Positions 10,046 to 19,795 of a stretch of DNA of 64,000 nt are shown here, in pieces. Within the stretch, counting starts at the first letter, position 1. Every line of letters starts with the position of its first letter. This stretch comes from an uncultured SAR202 cluster bacterium (GTDB lineage Bacteria; Chloroflexota; Dehalococcoidia; Lucifugimonadales; Lucifugimonadaceae): the NCBI GenBank assembly GCA_902620405.1, contig CACNIC010000002.1, positions 68,084-132,083 on the forward strand, written 5' to 3'. A program made the position numbers and the translations under genes. The notes under the pieces were generated by a model. It did not search any database. It saw only the letters and a list, made by a program, of their open reading frames with translations, and was not told the DNA's origin.

Positions 10046-11608
10046 ATGGATAAAGATTCGGTAATAATTTTTGATACTACACTTAGAGATGGTGAACAAT
10101 CTGCTGGTGCAGGTTTAACTGTTGATGAAAAACTTATTATCGCTAAGCAACTGGAAAGTTTAGGGGTTGATGTAATTGAAGCCGGTTTTGCTGTCAGTTC
10201 AACAGGTGATTTTAATGCTGTTAGTTTGATTGCTGAAACAGTAAAAAATTGTAAAGTTGCAAGTTTGGCAAGAGTTGTTGAAAAAGATATTGATAAGGCT
10301 GCTCAAGCTTTAGAAAAAGCAGTTGATCCAAGAATCCACACTTTTGTTTCAAGTTCTGCTATACACATGGAGCATCAAATGCGAAAAGACCCTGAAGAAA
10401 TTATTGAAATGGCTGTTAAAGCCGTCAGTAGGGCAAAAAAATATGTAGATGATGTTGAATTTTCACCTATGGATGCTACTAGAACAGATATGGATTTCCT
10501 TATAACTTTGCTAGAAGAAACAATAAACGCTGGTGCAACTACAATCAATATACCTGATACAGTTGGATATTCCGTTTCCAAAGAATTTGGTGAATCAATC
10601 AAGCTGATTATGAATAATGTTAAGAATATCGACGGAATTATCGTAAGTGTTCATTGTCACAATGATTTAGGATTAGCTGTTTCAAATAGTTTGTCAGCAG
10701 TCGAAAATGGAGCTAGGCAAATTGAAGGCTGCATTAACGGTCTAGGTGAAAGAGCTGGAAACGCAGCTTTAGAAGAAGTAATTATGGGGTTAGAAGTTAG
10801 AAAAGATCATTTTAATCTTAAAACAAGAGTAAATACTTCTGAAATTGGACCTACTAGCAGAATGGTAAGTAATATATTTGGGTTTCCTATGCAAGCAAAT
10901 AAAGCTATTGTTGGGCAAAATGCTTTTAGGCATTCTTCTGGAATCCACCAAGATGCATTTTTAAAGGATAAAAGCACTTTTGAGATAATGGAGCCAGAAA
11001 CAGTGGGCTGGAGAGGAGAGGCTTTAGTTCTTGGAAAATTATCTGGAAGAGCTGGTCTTAAATCTAGATTAAAAGATTTAGGGTATGATTTTGATGAAGA
11101 TCAATTAAACTCGTTATTTATAAAATTTAAAGATTTAGCAGATAGTAAAAAAGAAGTAACTGATATGGATCTTGAATCAATAATTCTTGAACATTCAAGG
11201 TCAGATAAAAATAAACAATTTTTGACTCTTGGAAATATTGAAGTTCAATGCGGCAATAAGAAAGAGCCAAGAGCTTTGATAGAATTAATTGATGAAAATG
11301 GTAAAAATATTAAAACCGAATCAAGTGGCACAGGGCCTGTTGATGCAGTTTGTAAAGCTATAGACAAGGTAATAAGCTTTGTTTCAAAATTAACAGAATT
11401 TAGCGTAAATTCTGTCACAGAAGGGATAGATGCATTGGGAGAGGTTACAATAAGAGTTGAGAATGAAAAGGGTAGAACTTTTACTGGTATTGGTTCTGAT
11501 TCAGACATAGTTGTCGCTTCTGCAAAAGCATATTTAAATGCAATAAACAGGCAAGTACAAATGATGAATGAAGGGTCAGAGTCACCCGGTTCTGGAGCAG
11601 GTAGATGA
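10046..11608 (+). CDS. leuA: 2-isopropylmalate synthase
   Basis: [28 protein letters not shown], and a C-terminal LeuA-dimer regulatory domain. Confidence 0.85.
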   Translation: MDKDSVIIFDTTLRDGEQSAGAGLTVDEKLIIAKQLESLGVDVIEAGFAVSSTGDFNAVSLIAETVKNCKVASLARVVEKDIDKAAQALEKAVDPRIHTFVSSSAIHMEHQMRKDPEEIIEMAVKAVSRAKKYVDDVEFSPMDATRTDMDFLITLLEETINAGATTINIPDTVGYSVSKEFGESIKLIMNNVKNIDGIIVSVHCHNDLGLAVSNSLSAVENGARQIEGCINGLGERAGNAALEEVIMGLEVRKDHFNLKTRVNTSEIGPTSRMVSNIFGFPMQANKAIVGQNAFRHSSGIHQDAFLKDKSTFEIMEPETVGWRGEALVLGKLSGRAGLKSRLKDLGYDFDEDQLNSLFIKFKDLADSKKEVTDMDLESIILEHSRSDKNKQFLTLGNIEVQCGNKKEPRALIELIDENGKNIKTESSGTGPVDAVCKAIDKVISFVSKLTEFSVNSVTEGIDALGEVTIRVENEKGRTFTGIGSDSDIVVASAKAYLNAINRQVQMMNEGSESPGSGAGR

Positions 11609-13002
11609 AAAAAACATTATTTGAAAAAATTTGGAATTCACACGTTGTAGAACAGTTAGACGATGATCTTGCTTTAATTTATATTGATTTACATTTAGTT
11701 CATGAGGTTACTTCGCCCCAAGCTTTTGAAAGTTTAAGAATTAATTCTAGAAAAGTCAGGAGACCTGATTTAACAGTTGCGACAATAGATCATAATGTTC
11801 CTACATTAGACAGATTTAATATTAAAGACCCTATTTCAAAACAACAAATTGAAACTTTGAGAAAGAACTGTGAAGATTTTAATGTTCCTATTTATGATAT
11901 TGATAATGTCAATCAAGGAATAGTGCATGTAATTGGACCAGAGCTTGGTTTAACTCAACCTGGAATGACAATAGTATGCGGAGATAGCCATACATCTACC
12001 CATGGAGCTTTTGGTGCATTAGCATTTGGCATAGGAACTTCAGAAGTTGAGCATGTTCTAGCAACACAAACACTACTTCAAAAAAAGCCAAAAACAATGT
12101 CAATTGAGGCTGTTGGAAATTTGCCCTTTGGAGTAACACCAAAAGACTTAATACTTTCAATTATTGGCAAGATCGGAGTAGATGGGGGTACTGGGCACGC
12201 AATTGAATTTAGGGGAGATGCATTTGAAAATATGTCCATGGAAGGAAGGATGACGGTTTGCAATATGACAATTGAAGGAGGAGGTCGAGCAGGAATGGTT
12301 GCACCTGATGAAAAAACAATAGAATTTGTTCAAGGAAAAAAATTTACACCCAAAGGAAAAAATTTTGATCAGCTTCTAGAAATATGGAAAGAATTAAAAA
12401 CTGATGATGGTGCTAAATTTGATACTGAAATTAAAATTGATTGCTCATCACTTGAGCCACATGTATCTTGGGGAACTAATCCTGGTCAAGTTGTGAGTGT
12501 AAATTCTTCAATACCAGACCCAAATGATTTCGACACGCCTGAGAAAAAATCTAATGCTGAAAGTGCTTTAGAGTATATGGGGCTTGAAGCAGGTCAAAAA
12601 ATTTCTGATGTTAAAATAGATAGAGTATTTATTGGTTCATGCACAAATGGACGTTTAGAAGATTTAAGAGCTGCCGCAAAAATAATTGATGGAAAAAAGG
12701 TAGGTAAAAACGTTAATGCAATGGTTGTTCCAGGATCAGGTATTGTAAAAATGTTAGCTGAAAAAGAAGGTTTAGATAAAGTATTTATTAACTCTGGATT
12801 TGAGTGGAGAGAAGCAGGTTGTTCAATGTGTTTAGCAATGAACCCTGACAAATTAAGCCCTCAAGAAAGATGTGCTTCAACTTCAAATAGAAATTTTGAG
12901 GGAAGGCAAGGTAAAGATGGAAGGACTCATCTTGTAAGTCCAGAAATGGCAGCCGCAGCAGCAATTGAAGGTCACTTTGTTGATGTAAGGAATTGGAAAT
13001 AA
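11605..13002 (+). CDS. leuC: 3-isopropylmalate dehydratase large subunit
   Basis: [35 protein letters not shown], and CSMCLAMN cluster ligands. Confidence 0.9.
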   Translation: MKKTLFEKIWNSHVVEQLDDDLALIYIDLHLVHEVTSPQAFESLRINSRKVRRPDLTVATIDHNVPTLDRFNIKDPISKQQIETLRKNCEDFNVPIYDIDNVNQGIVHVIGPELGLTQPGMTIVCGDSHTSTHGAFGALAFGIGTSEVEHVLATQTLLQKKPKTMSIEAVGNLPFGVTPKDLILSIIGKIGVDGGTGHAIEFRGDAFENMSMEGRMTVCNMTIEGGGRAGMVAPDEKTIEFVQGKKFTPKGKNFDQLLEIWKELKTDDGAKFDTEIKIDCSSLEPHVSWGTNPGQVVSVNSSIPDPNDFDTPEKKSNAESALEYMGLEAGQKISDVKIDRVFIGSCTNGRLEDLRAAAKIIDGKKVGKNVNAMVVPGSGIVKMLAEKEGLDKVFINSGFEWREAGCSMCLAMNPDKLSPQERCASTSNRNFEGRQGKDGRTHLVSPEMAAAAAIEGHFVDVRNWK

Positions 13003-13598
13003 TGGATCCATTTATTAATCACAAGGGGATAGTTGCACCATTAGACAGATCAAATGTAGACACAGATCAAATTATTCCAAAGCAATTTTTGAAGAGAATT
13101 GAAAGGACGGGTTTTGGAGAATTTGCTTTTTTTGACTGGAGATATCTTGAGCCAGGAGTTTTAAATCCTGAATTTATTTTGAACGAAGAAAGATATAAGA
13201 ATGCTTCTATTTTAGTATCAGGTACAAATTTTGGTTCAGGCTCATCTAGGGAGCATGCTCCATGGGCACTTCTTGATTATGGCTTTAAAGTCATAATCGC
13301 TCCAAGTTTTGCAGATATTTTTAGAAATAATTGTTTTCAGAATGGAATTCTTTCTATTATTTTAGATAAGAATGAAGTAGATCATATTATGGGTATGTCA
13401 TTATCAACTAAAAACTATGAATTGAATGTTGATTTAGAAAATGAAATTATTTATGACGATTCTGGTTTTAAAACAAGTTTTAAAATAGATCCGTTTAGAA
13501 GAGATTCATTGTTGAAGGGTGAAGATGAGATTGCAAGAACGTTAACATCAAGTGATCAAATAGATAACTATGAAAAAAATAGAATTAAAAGATGGTGA
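13002..13598 (+). CDS. leuD: 3-isopropylmalate dehydratase small subunit
   Basis: VDTDQIIPKQFLK, GTNFGSGSSREHAPWAL. ATG at 13002 overlaps the leuC stop by 1 nt; the track's TTG at 12993 is also possible. Confidence 0.9.
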   Translation: MDPFINHKGIVAPLDRSNVDTDQIIPKQFLKRIERTGFGEFAFFDWRYLEPGVLNPEFILNEERYKNASILVSGTNFGSGSSREHAPWALLDYGFKVIIAPSFADIFRNNCFQNGILSIILDKNEVDHIMGMSLSTKNYELNVDLENEIIYDDSGFKTSFKIDPFRRDSLLKGEDEIARTLTSSDQIDNYEKNRIKRW

Positions 13599-13601
13599 TT
13601 A

Positions 13602-14696
13602 ATGAAATTTAAAATAGCCTTATTGTCAGGAGATGGGATAGGACCTGAAGTTACTGAAGAATCATTAAAGATATTGGATGGAATTTCAAAAAAATATGGT
13701 CATGAATTTGAATTTGATTATCAAGATGTTGGTGGTATCTCAATCGATAAGCATGGGACTGCAATTACAGAAGAGGCATTAAGCAAATGCATGGAAAGTC
13801 AAGCAGTCTTGTTTGGATCAGTAGGTGGCCCAAAATGGGATGACCCAAATAGTGATGTCCGCCCGGAGGATGGAATATTGAAACTAAGAAAAGAATTAGA
13901 CCTTTTTGCAAATATAAGACCAGCAAAAGTTTATCCTGCACTTTCTAATTCAAGTCCATTAAAGAAAGAAATTTTAGAAAATGTTGATTTCATTATTATA
14001 AGGGAATTGACCTCAGGTTTATATTTTGGAGAACCAAAAAAAAGGTGGGTCGAAAATAATAAAAGATATTCAGTAGATACTTTGACTTACAACGAAGATG
14101 AAGTAAGAAGGGTAATCAAAGTAGGTTTTGAGATGGCTATGAAACGAAATAGAAAATTACATTCTTTAGACAAGATGAATGTAATGGCCACTTCAAGGCT
14201 ATGGAGAGAAATCGCAGATGAAGTTTCAAAAGAGTACCCAGAGGTAGAATTAATTCACATGTTGGCTGATAATGCTGCAATGCAAATTATAACTAATCCT
14301 TCTGAATTTGATGTGCTTGTTACAGAAAATACATTTGGTGATATTTTGTCTGACGAAGCTGCAGTAATTGGTGGGTCTATGGGAATGCTGCCTTCGGCAA
14401 GTTTATCATCTATTCCAGGTCAAATTGAGACTGACTCTAAGCCAGCACTCTATGAACCAATACATGGATCTGCTCCAGATATTGCTGGTCAAGGTGTAGC
14501 AAATCCAATAGCTTCAATATTAAGCACATCAATGATGCTAAAGTGGTCATTTGGGCTAGATGAAGAAGCTGAGGAAATTGAAAATGCTGTTAACAGTCTT
14601 ATTGATAAAGGTTTAAGGACTAAGGATTTGTCTGATAATGATTCATATTTGACTACAAGTCAAATGGGTGACGAGATTTATAAACTAATTAATTAA
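13602..14696 (+). CDS. leuB: 3-isopropylmalate dehydrogenase
   Basis: KIALLSGDGIGPEV, LFGSVGGPKWD, IIRELTSGLYFG, NTFGDILSDEAA, HGSAPDIAGQGVANP. Confidence 0.9.
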   Translation: MKFKIALLSGDGIGPEVTEESLKILDGISKKYGHEFEFDYQDVGGISIDKHGTAITEEALSKCMESQAVLFGSVGGPKWDDPNSDVRPEDGILKLRKELDLFANIRPAKVYPALSNSSPLKKEILENVDFIIIRELTSGLYFGEPKKRWVENNKRYSVDTLTYNEDEVRRVIKVGFEMAMKRNRKLHSLDKMNVMATSRLWREIADEVSKEYPEVELIHMLADNAAMQIITNPSEFDVLVTENTFGDILSDEAAVIGGSMGMLPSASLSSIPGQIETDSKPALYEPIHGSAPDIAGQGVANPIASILSTSMMLKWSFGLDEEAEEIENAVNSLIDKGLRTKDLSDNDSYLTTSQMGDEIYKLIN

Positions 14697-14697
14697 A

Positions 14698-15144
14698 ATG
14701 AAGCATCAAAATTTCTTTATACCAAAAAAAATTATTGGAGAGATTATCTCTCATGCATTAAATAATGACCCAAATGAGAGTTGTGGAATTCTACAAGGAA
14801 AAGGAAATACTACCACTAGATTTCATTCATTAAGGAATATTCATGAAGCTCCTCAAAACAGATATACAATTGATCCTATAGAGTTAATGAATACTGAAAA
14901 AATATGTGACGAAGATGGTGAAGAGATAATAGGTATTATGCATTCACATACGCATACACAGGCATACCCATCTGAAACAGACGTAAAAAATGCTCTTACC
15001 TCAGGCTATATTGAGCAAATATACATAATTGTTTCACTGGTTGAAAAAACAAGACCAATTGTAAAAGCATTTGAAATAAATAATCATGGTGAAATAAGTG
15101 AGATATTTATAGATTTTGATGGCCCAAAATATATTAGTCGTTAA
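14698..15144 (+). CDS. JAMM/MPN+ (Mov34) family metalloprotease
   Basis: Complete JAMM motif: NESCG ... HSHTHTQAYPSETD (E, HxH, S, D). ~148 aa. Confidence 0.75.
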   Translation: MKHQNFFIPKKIIGEIISHALNNDPNESCGILQGKGNTTTRFHSLRNIHEAPQNRYTIDPIELMNTEKICDEDGEEIIGIMHSHTHTQAYPSETDVKNALTSGYIEQIYIIVSLVEKTRPIVKAFEINNHGEISEIFIDFDGPKYISR

Positions 15145-16705
15145 TATTTCTTGTTAGCCACCACTCCATTGAATCTGATAGTGCCATCCAGCTAGCCTCA
15201 ATTATATTTGTTGATGCTCCGACAGTAGTCCATACCTCTTTATCGTCAGCAGATTCAATTGATACTCTTACTACAGATTCTGTGGCTTCAGATTCATTTA
15301 CAACTCTAACTTTATAGTCAGTCAATTTCACTTTATCCAGAGATGGATAAAACTTTAGCAATGCTTCTCTTAAAGCTTTATCTAAAGCTGCTACAGGACC
15401 ATTACCAATCGAGGTTTTCTCAATTTCATTTTTATTTATGCTTAGTCTTATAGAAGCTGTGCATTGATTTTCTTTATGTAAGTCAGCGCTTTTGAGTCTT
15501 ATATCGTACTCAATAAGTTTAAAAGGAGATTTTATTAACCTTTTCTCCTTTTTAAGTAATAATTCTAAAGATGCAGAAGCTACTTCATAAGAGAAGCCAT
15601 TATTTTCTTTATCTTTAATAATACTTGTAACATTTTTGATATCATCATTATCAAATTTATCAATTATATTTAATTCTTTTAATCTGGAAATTACATTACT
15701 TCTTCCAGCAAGTTCAGAAACAGTTATATTAGATAAATTACCAACTTTTTCTGGATCCATATGTTGATAAGAATCAACATATTTATTTACTGCAGATGCG
15801 TGCATTCCACCTTTATGTGTGAATGCCATACTTCCAACGTAAGGAGCATAAGGGAATGGAGTTCTATTAACAGTATCAGAAACAAAGTTAGATACTTCTG
15901 TTAAAGATTTCATTTTCTCTTCACTCAACAATGAAATGCCTTTTTTAAAATGTAAATTTGCAATAAGGCTTATTAAATTTGTATTACCACATCTCTCACC
16001 ATAACCATTAACTGTTCCTTGAATGTGAGCAACACCTTCGTTAAATGCTGACAGAGTGCAGGCAACAGCAGTGTCTGTATCATTATGACAATGGATTCCA
16101 AGCTTTGAGGGATCAATATGTTTCTTTACTTCAACCAATACCTTCTCGATGTCTTCAGGAATCATTCCCCCGTTTGTGTCGCATAATGTTACTATGTCTG
16201 CTCCTGATTCATATGCAGTAATAAGTGTTTTGATTGCATAATTTTTATCTGTATAAAATCCATCAAAAAAATGTTCGGCATCATATATAACCCTTCTATC
16301 TCTTTTTGATAAAAAGTTGATAGTTTCTTCAATCATTTTTAAGTTTTCATCAAGAGAAGTTTCTAAAACTTTTAAAACTTGCTTGGAAGAAGATTTACCT
16401 ACAACTGTTAAAACTTCTGCCTCAGAGCCTAAAAGAGCATTAACAATAATATCGCTCTCTATATTCTCATCTGGTTTTCTTGTTGATCCAAAAGCACTTA
16501 TCTTTGAGTTCTTAATATATTCTTTTTGAATTACTCTAAAATATTCATCATCTTTTGGGTTTGAACCTGCATAACCACCTTCAATAGTATCGATTCCTAA
16601 TTCATCAAGCTTTAAAGTTATATTTATTTTATCTTTTAAAGAAAGAGATATGCCTGATTGCTGAGCACCATCTCTTAATGTTGTGTCATATAATTCAATG
16701 TTCAA
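15134..16705 (-). CDS. cimA: citramalate synthase-like LeuA paralogue (CimA family)
   Basis: LYDTTLRDGAQQSGISLSL, HCHNDTDTAVA, ~523 aa with a LeuA-dimer C-terminal domain. A second member of this family in the window. Its 3' end overlaps the JAMM gene by 11 nt. Confidence 0.65.
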   Translation of the reverse strand: MNIELYDTTLRDGAQQSGISLSLKDKINITLKLDELGIDTIEGGYAGSNPKDDEYFRVIQKEYIKNSKISAFGSTRKPDENIESDIIVNALLGSEAEVLTVVGKSSSKQVLKVLETSLDENLKMIEETINFLSKRDRRVIYDAEHFFDGFYTDKNYAIKTLITAYESGADIVTLCDTNGGMIPEDIEKVLVEVKKHIDPSKLGIHCHNDTDTAVACTLSAFNEGVAHIQGTVNGYGERCGNTNLISLIANLHFKKGISLLSEEKMKSLTEVSNFVSDTVNRTPFPYAPYVGSMAFTHKGGMHASAVNKYVDSYQHMDPEKVGNLSNITVSELAGRSNVISRLKELNIIDKFDNDDIKNVTSIIKDKENNGFSYEVASASLELLLKKEKRLIKSPFKLIEYDIRLKSADLHKENQCTASIRLSINKNEIEKTSIGNGPVAALDKALREALLKFYPSLDKVKLTDYKVRVVNESEATESVVRVSIESADDKEVWTTVGASTNIIEASWMALSDSMEWWLTRNIND

Positions 16706-16754
16706 TATTTTTTCCTACTAAATGAAAGATTTAATATATCACGGCAACCAAAGG

Positions 16755-17624
16755 TTAGACGAATTTTTCTGAATCTTCTAAATTCATAATTTTTTTATTT
16801 CCAATTAAAAATTGCCCACTCCAATCATAAATAACTTCACTCAGAGAATCATTGCTTTTATAAATTAATTTTTTAAATGAAGTAAATTCAGAAATAAAAT
16901 TATAGTCTTTGTCTAAATTATGTATTGTTCCTCCTGCCTCTTTAATTATTAATAATCCTGCACCAAAATCCCATATACTTGCTGGACCAAACAAGCCAAA
17001 TTTAATTACCCCTTTTGCAAGTAAAGCCATTTCATATGCAACACTGCCAATAACCCTTTTTTCTCCTTTAATTACTTTATTCCATGGTTTTATATTTCTA
17101 TCTTTGTTTCCGTTAATAGAACTAAAAGAAGAATACGATGAGGCGGCCCCTTCATCTAAACTTTCATTTAGTTTTTCAATTAAATTTAATTTTATTCCAT
17201 TTGAATTGGACCCATTATTTTTTGAAGCTGAGAAAATTAATGATTTTTCATTGTTTGGCCATGGAATCCAAATAGAGCCTGCAATAGGCTCTAAATCTTT
17301 GAGCAAAGCAATTGAAATTGCAAAATTTGGTATACCATTTACAAAGTTTGTTGTTCCATCAATAGGATCAATTACCCAAATATATTCAGAATCTTTTATA
17401 CTTTTTAACTTATCTTCTTCGCCAACAATTGCGTGATTTGAGTATGTTTTATTTATATTTTGAACAATAATTTTTTGAGTATTTAAATCAATTTCTGTCA
17501 CTAAGTTATTTCTTTTGTCCTTAGAATAAATTTCGAATTTTCCTTCAAAATTTTCTAATACATATTTTCCTGCAATTTTAGAAATATTTATGCAGAAATT
17601 TTCATACTCTTTGTAGTTTTCCAT
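16755..17624 (-). CDS. inositol monophosphatase family protein (SuhB/ImpA-like)
   Basis: Motifs GEED..., WVIDPIDGTTNF, WDFGAGLLIIKEAGG. Confidence 0.8.
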   Translation of the reverse strand: MENYKEYENFCINISKIAGKYVLENFEGKFEIYSKDKRNNLVTEIDLNTQKIIVQNINKTYSNHAIVGEEDKLKSIKDSEYIWVIDPIDGTTNFVNGIPNFAISIALLKDLEPIAGSIWIPWPNNEKSLIFSASKNNGSNSNGIKLNLIEKLNESLDEGAASSYSSFSSINGNKDRNIKPWNKVIKGEKRVIGSVAYEMALLAKGVIKFGLFGPASIWDFGAGLLIIKEAGGTIHNLDKDYNFISEFTSFKKLIYKSNDSLSEVIYDWSGQFLIGNKKIMNLEDSEKFV

Positions 17625-17690
17625 AATTTAAATTTATTAAGATTATTAGTAATGAATTAAATATTTAGATAAATGTATTAAAATAATATT

Positions 17691-18584
17691 ATGAAAAAAT
17701 TTAAAAGAGATAAAGAATTAGTTATTAGAATGTACTTCACATGGTTTTTGTTAGGAATACTATATTTCTTTTTCGCAATGCTTCTAAATTCATTTGGTGT
17801 TCAATTTGGCTTTATTGTTGTAATAGTATTAGTTTTTGGATCAATTCAATATTTCATGTCAGACAGAATGGTGTTGTATTCTTCAGGGGCGAAATTAATC
17901 AATAGGTCTGATGATGAGGATCTTTTTCAAATAGTCGACGAATTAAGTTATTTAGCAGGAATAGATCCACCAAAAGTCGCAGTGATGGATTCAAATGTCC
18001 TTAATGCTTTTGCTACTGGCAGGAATACTAAAAATTCATTAATTGCAGTTACAACTGGATTAAGAAAAAATCTAAATCGATCTGAATTAAGAGCTGTTGT
18101 GGCTCATGAAATAGCCCATATAGTTAACGGTGATGTGAAAGTTTTAGCTATTGCAAATTTCTTTGTTATGTTATCAAGTTTTCTTATGCAGATGTTTTTT
18201 TGGAATATGCTTTTTGGCGGGATGGGAAGAAATAGAGAAAACGGTGGGGGTGCAATATTTATGTTATATATCGCGACAATGGTCGTATATTTCATAGGCC
18301 AACTTTTAGTTTTGGCATTAACAAGGTATAGGGAATTTGGCGCAGATTATACTGGTTCAAATTTATGTGGAGAACCAATTGAATTGGCATCTGCCCTAAG
18401 AAAAATAGCAATTTCTTCAATTTCAATTCCTAGTCAGGATTTGAGGCAATTTAAAACAGCAAATGCATTTATGATTATACCTTCACTTTCTGGTGATGAC
18501 ATTTCAAGATTAATGTCTACTCATCCACCTGTTGAGGACAGGATAAGGAGACTTATTGCCTTGCAAAAACAATCAGGAAATTGA
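17691..18584 (+). CDS. htpX: zinc metalloprotease HtpX (M48)
   Basis: HEIAHIVNGD (HExxH), four TM segments, and C-terminal STHPPVEDRIRRL. Confidence 0.85.
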   Translation: MKKFKRDKELVIRMYFTWFLLGILYFFFAMLLNSFGVQFGFIVVIVLVFGSIQYFMSDRMVLYSSGAKLINRSDDEDLFQIVDELSYLAGIDPPKVAVMDSNVLNAFATGRNTKNSLIAVTTGLRKNLNRSELRAVVAHEIAHIVNGDVKVLAIANFFVMLSSFLMQMFFWNMLFGGMGRNRENGGGAIFMLYIATMVVYFIGQLLVLALTRYREFGADYTGSNLCGEPIELASALRKIAISSISIPSQDLRQFKTANAFMIIPSLSGDDISRLMSTHPPVEDRIRRLIALQKQSGN

Positions 18585-18585
18585 T

Positions 18586-19173
18586 TTGAACAACGGTTTT
18601 TTTTCTAAATTCTTTAAAAATGATCCAATTGAAAAACTTTGGAATTTATTATCATCAATTAAATTTCTTAAAAGTGAAAATCTTATAAAAGCAGATAATA
18701 AAGTTGGTGTCATGTGCTGGGAAAAAAATGACCAAATTAAAGAATTTTGTAAAACAAAACTAAAAGATATATTAAATGACGGTGTTGAAAAATCAAATAC
18801 AAATTTCAATTTAATCGATGAAAGTGGAGAAGTAGTTTGGATTGTTCTTGATGACAATGACTTTAATGAATTAATCGCTTCTGCATTCACTGTGGTTAAT
18901 GCATTATCACAAGAAATTAGCAATGAAAGTGTTATGGGATTGATCTTCCCTCTGATTATTGAGAATAAAGACAATTTGAATTACCTGGATCTAGAACAAA
19001 GACTGTATTTAGTATTTAACGAAAATCCTCCAGGTTATTATCCGTTAGTATATCAAAATGAAACTAGGCAGCCGATTGCAGAAATAGAATTATATGATCT
19101 TATAAAAAACTCTGGAATCGGGTTTAATAAGGATCAAAGAAAATGGTTTAGCGTTGATAAGATACCTATTTAA
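18586..19173 (+). CDS. hypothetical protein (htpX-linked)
   Basis: Long ORF with no recognisable motif. The start is uncertain: in-frame TTG at 18586 just after the htpX stop, or TTG at 18556 in the track. Confidence 0.35.
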   Translation: MNNGFFSKFFKNDPIEKLWNLLSSIKFLKSENLIKADNKVGVMCWEKNDQIKEFCKTKLKDILNDGVEKSNTNFNLIDESGEVVWIVLDDNDFNELIASAFTVVNALSQEISNESVMGLIFPLIIENKDNLNYLDLEQRLYLVFNENPPGYYPLVYQNETRQPIAEIELYDLIKNSGIGFNKDQRKWFSVDKIPI

Positions 19174-19174
19174 A

Positions 19175-19735
19175 ATGGAAACCCTTATTTTAAATAGCTC
19201 TGAAAAGATTAACGAAATTATATCAATATTTGATTACTATGGAGTTGATATCAATTTAAAAAACCTTATTCATGTTGAAGAAATTTCTAAAAAAACTACT
19301 GGGATTTTAATCACAGATGAATTTGAATTATCTTTTCTTAAACCAATTTTTGATTATGCCTGCAAAAATAATATTAAAATTTTGGCTGTAGAAAGAGGAT
19401 TGTTATCGTTGATAAATTTAATAAATGGTTCAAGCAAGGAAATTGAAAGACCATTTAAAGGAAATAGTTCTACTTTTATATCATTGGGGTCAAAGCTTGC
19501 TGAAATAATTGGTGGTGCAGGACCCCTAAAAACTAATTTTGAATATAATTTTGAAATACCTATAAAAGCATTACCGCCAAATTATTTACCTTCAAGTATT
19601 AATTTAGAAAGCGGATGTATTGAGGCAATAGAATCAGAAGGCAAGACTAATATCTTAGGAGTTTTGTGGCCAATATTGTCTGGACAAAAAATACCCTCAA
19701 GATTTGAAAATATTTTAAGTTGGATTTCAGATTAA
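19175..19735 (+). CDS. class-I glutamine amidotransferase (peptidase C26)-like protein that appears to lack the catalytic triad
   Basis: By-eye alignment to the C26 pattern: ILAVERGLLSLINLINGS against vLGICRGmQllNva.GG, and CIEAIE...ILGVLWPILSG against iEAie...lGVQWHPE. Start taken at METLIL (19175), right after the upstream stop. Confidence 0.45.
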   Translation: METLILNSSEKINEIISIFDYYGVDINLKNLIHVEEISKKTTGILITDEFELSFLKPIFDYACKNNIKILAVERGLLSLINLINGSSKEIERPFKGNSSTFISLGSKLAEIIGGAGPLKTNFEYNFEIPIKALPPNYLPSSINLESGCIEAIESEGKTNILGVLWPILSGQKIPSRFENILSWISD

Positions 19736-19795
19736 AATAATTGAAATTTATTGGGGAGATTTTTACTATAATTACATTAAATAATTAATAGAAAT

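Noticed and set aside
16909-17436. 175-aa plus-strand ORF in the track, antisense to the inositol monophosphatase gene
   Set aside because: It lies entirely inside a well-supported minus-strand gene. Its composition is Ser/Leu/Ile/Phe-rich shadow-frame sequence and it has no motif or RBS context. This is typical of a mirror ORF in a codon-biased, AT-rich gene.
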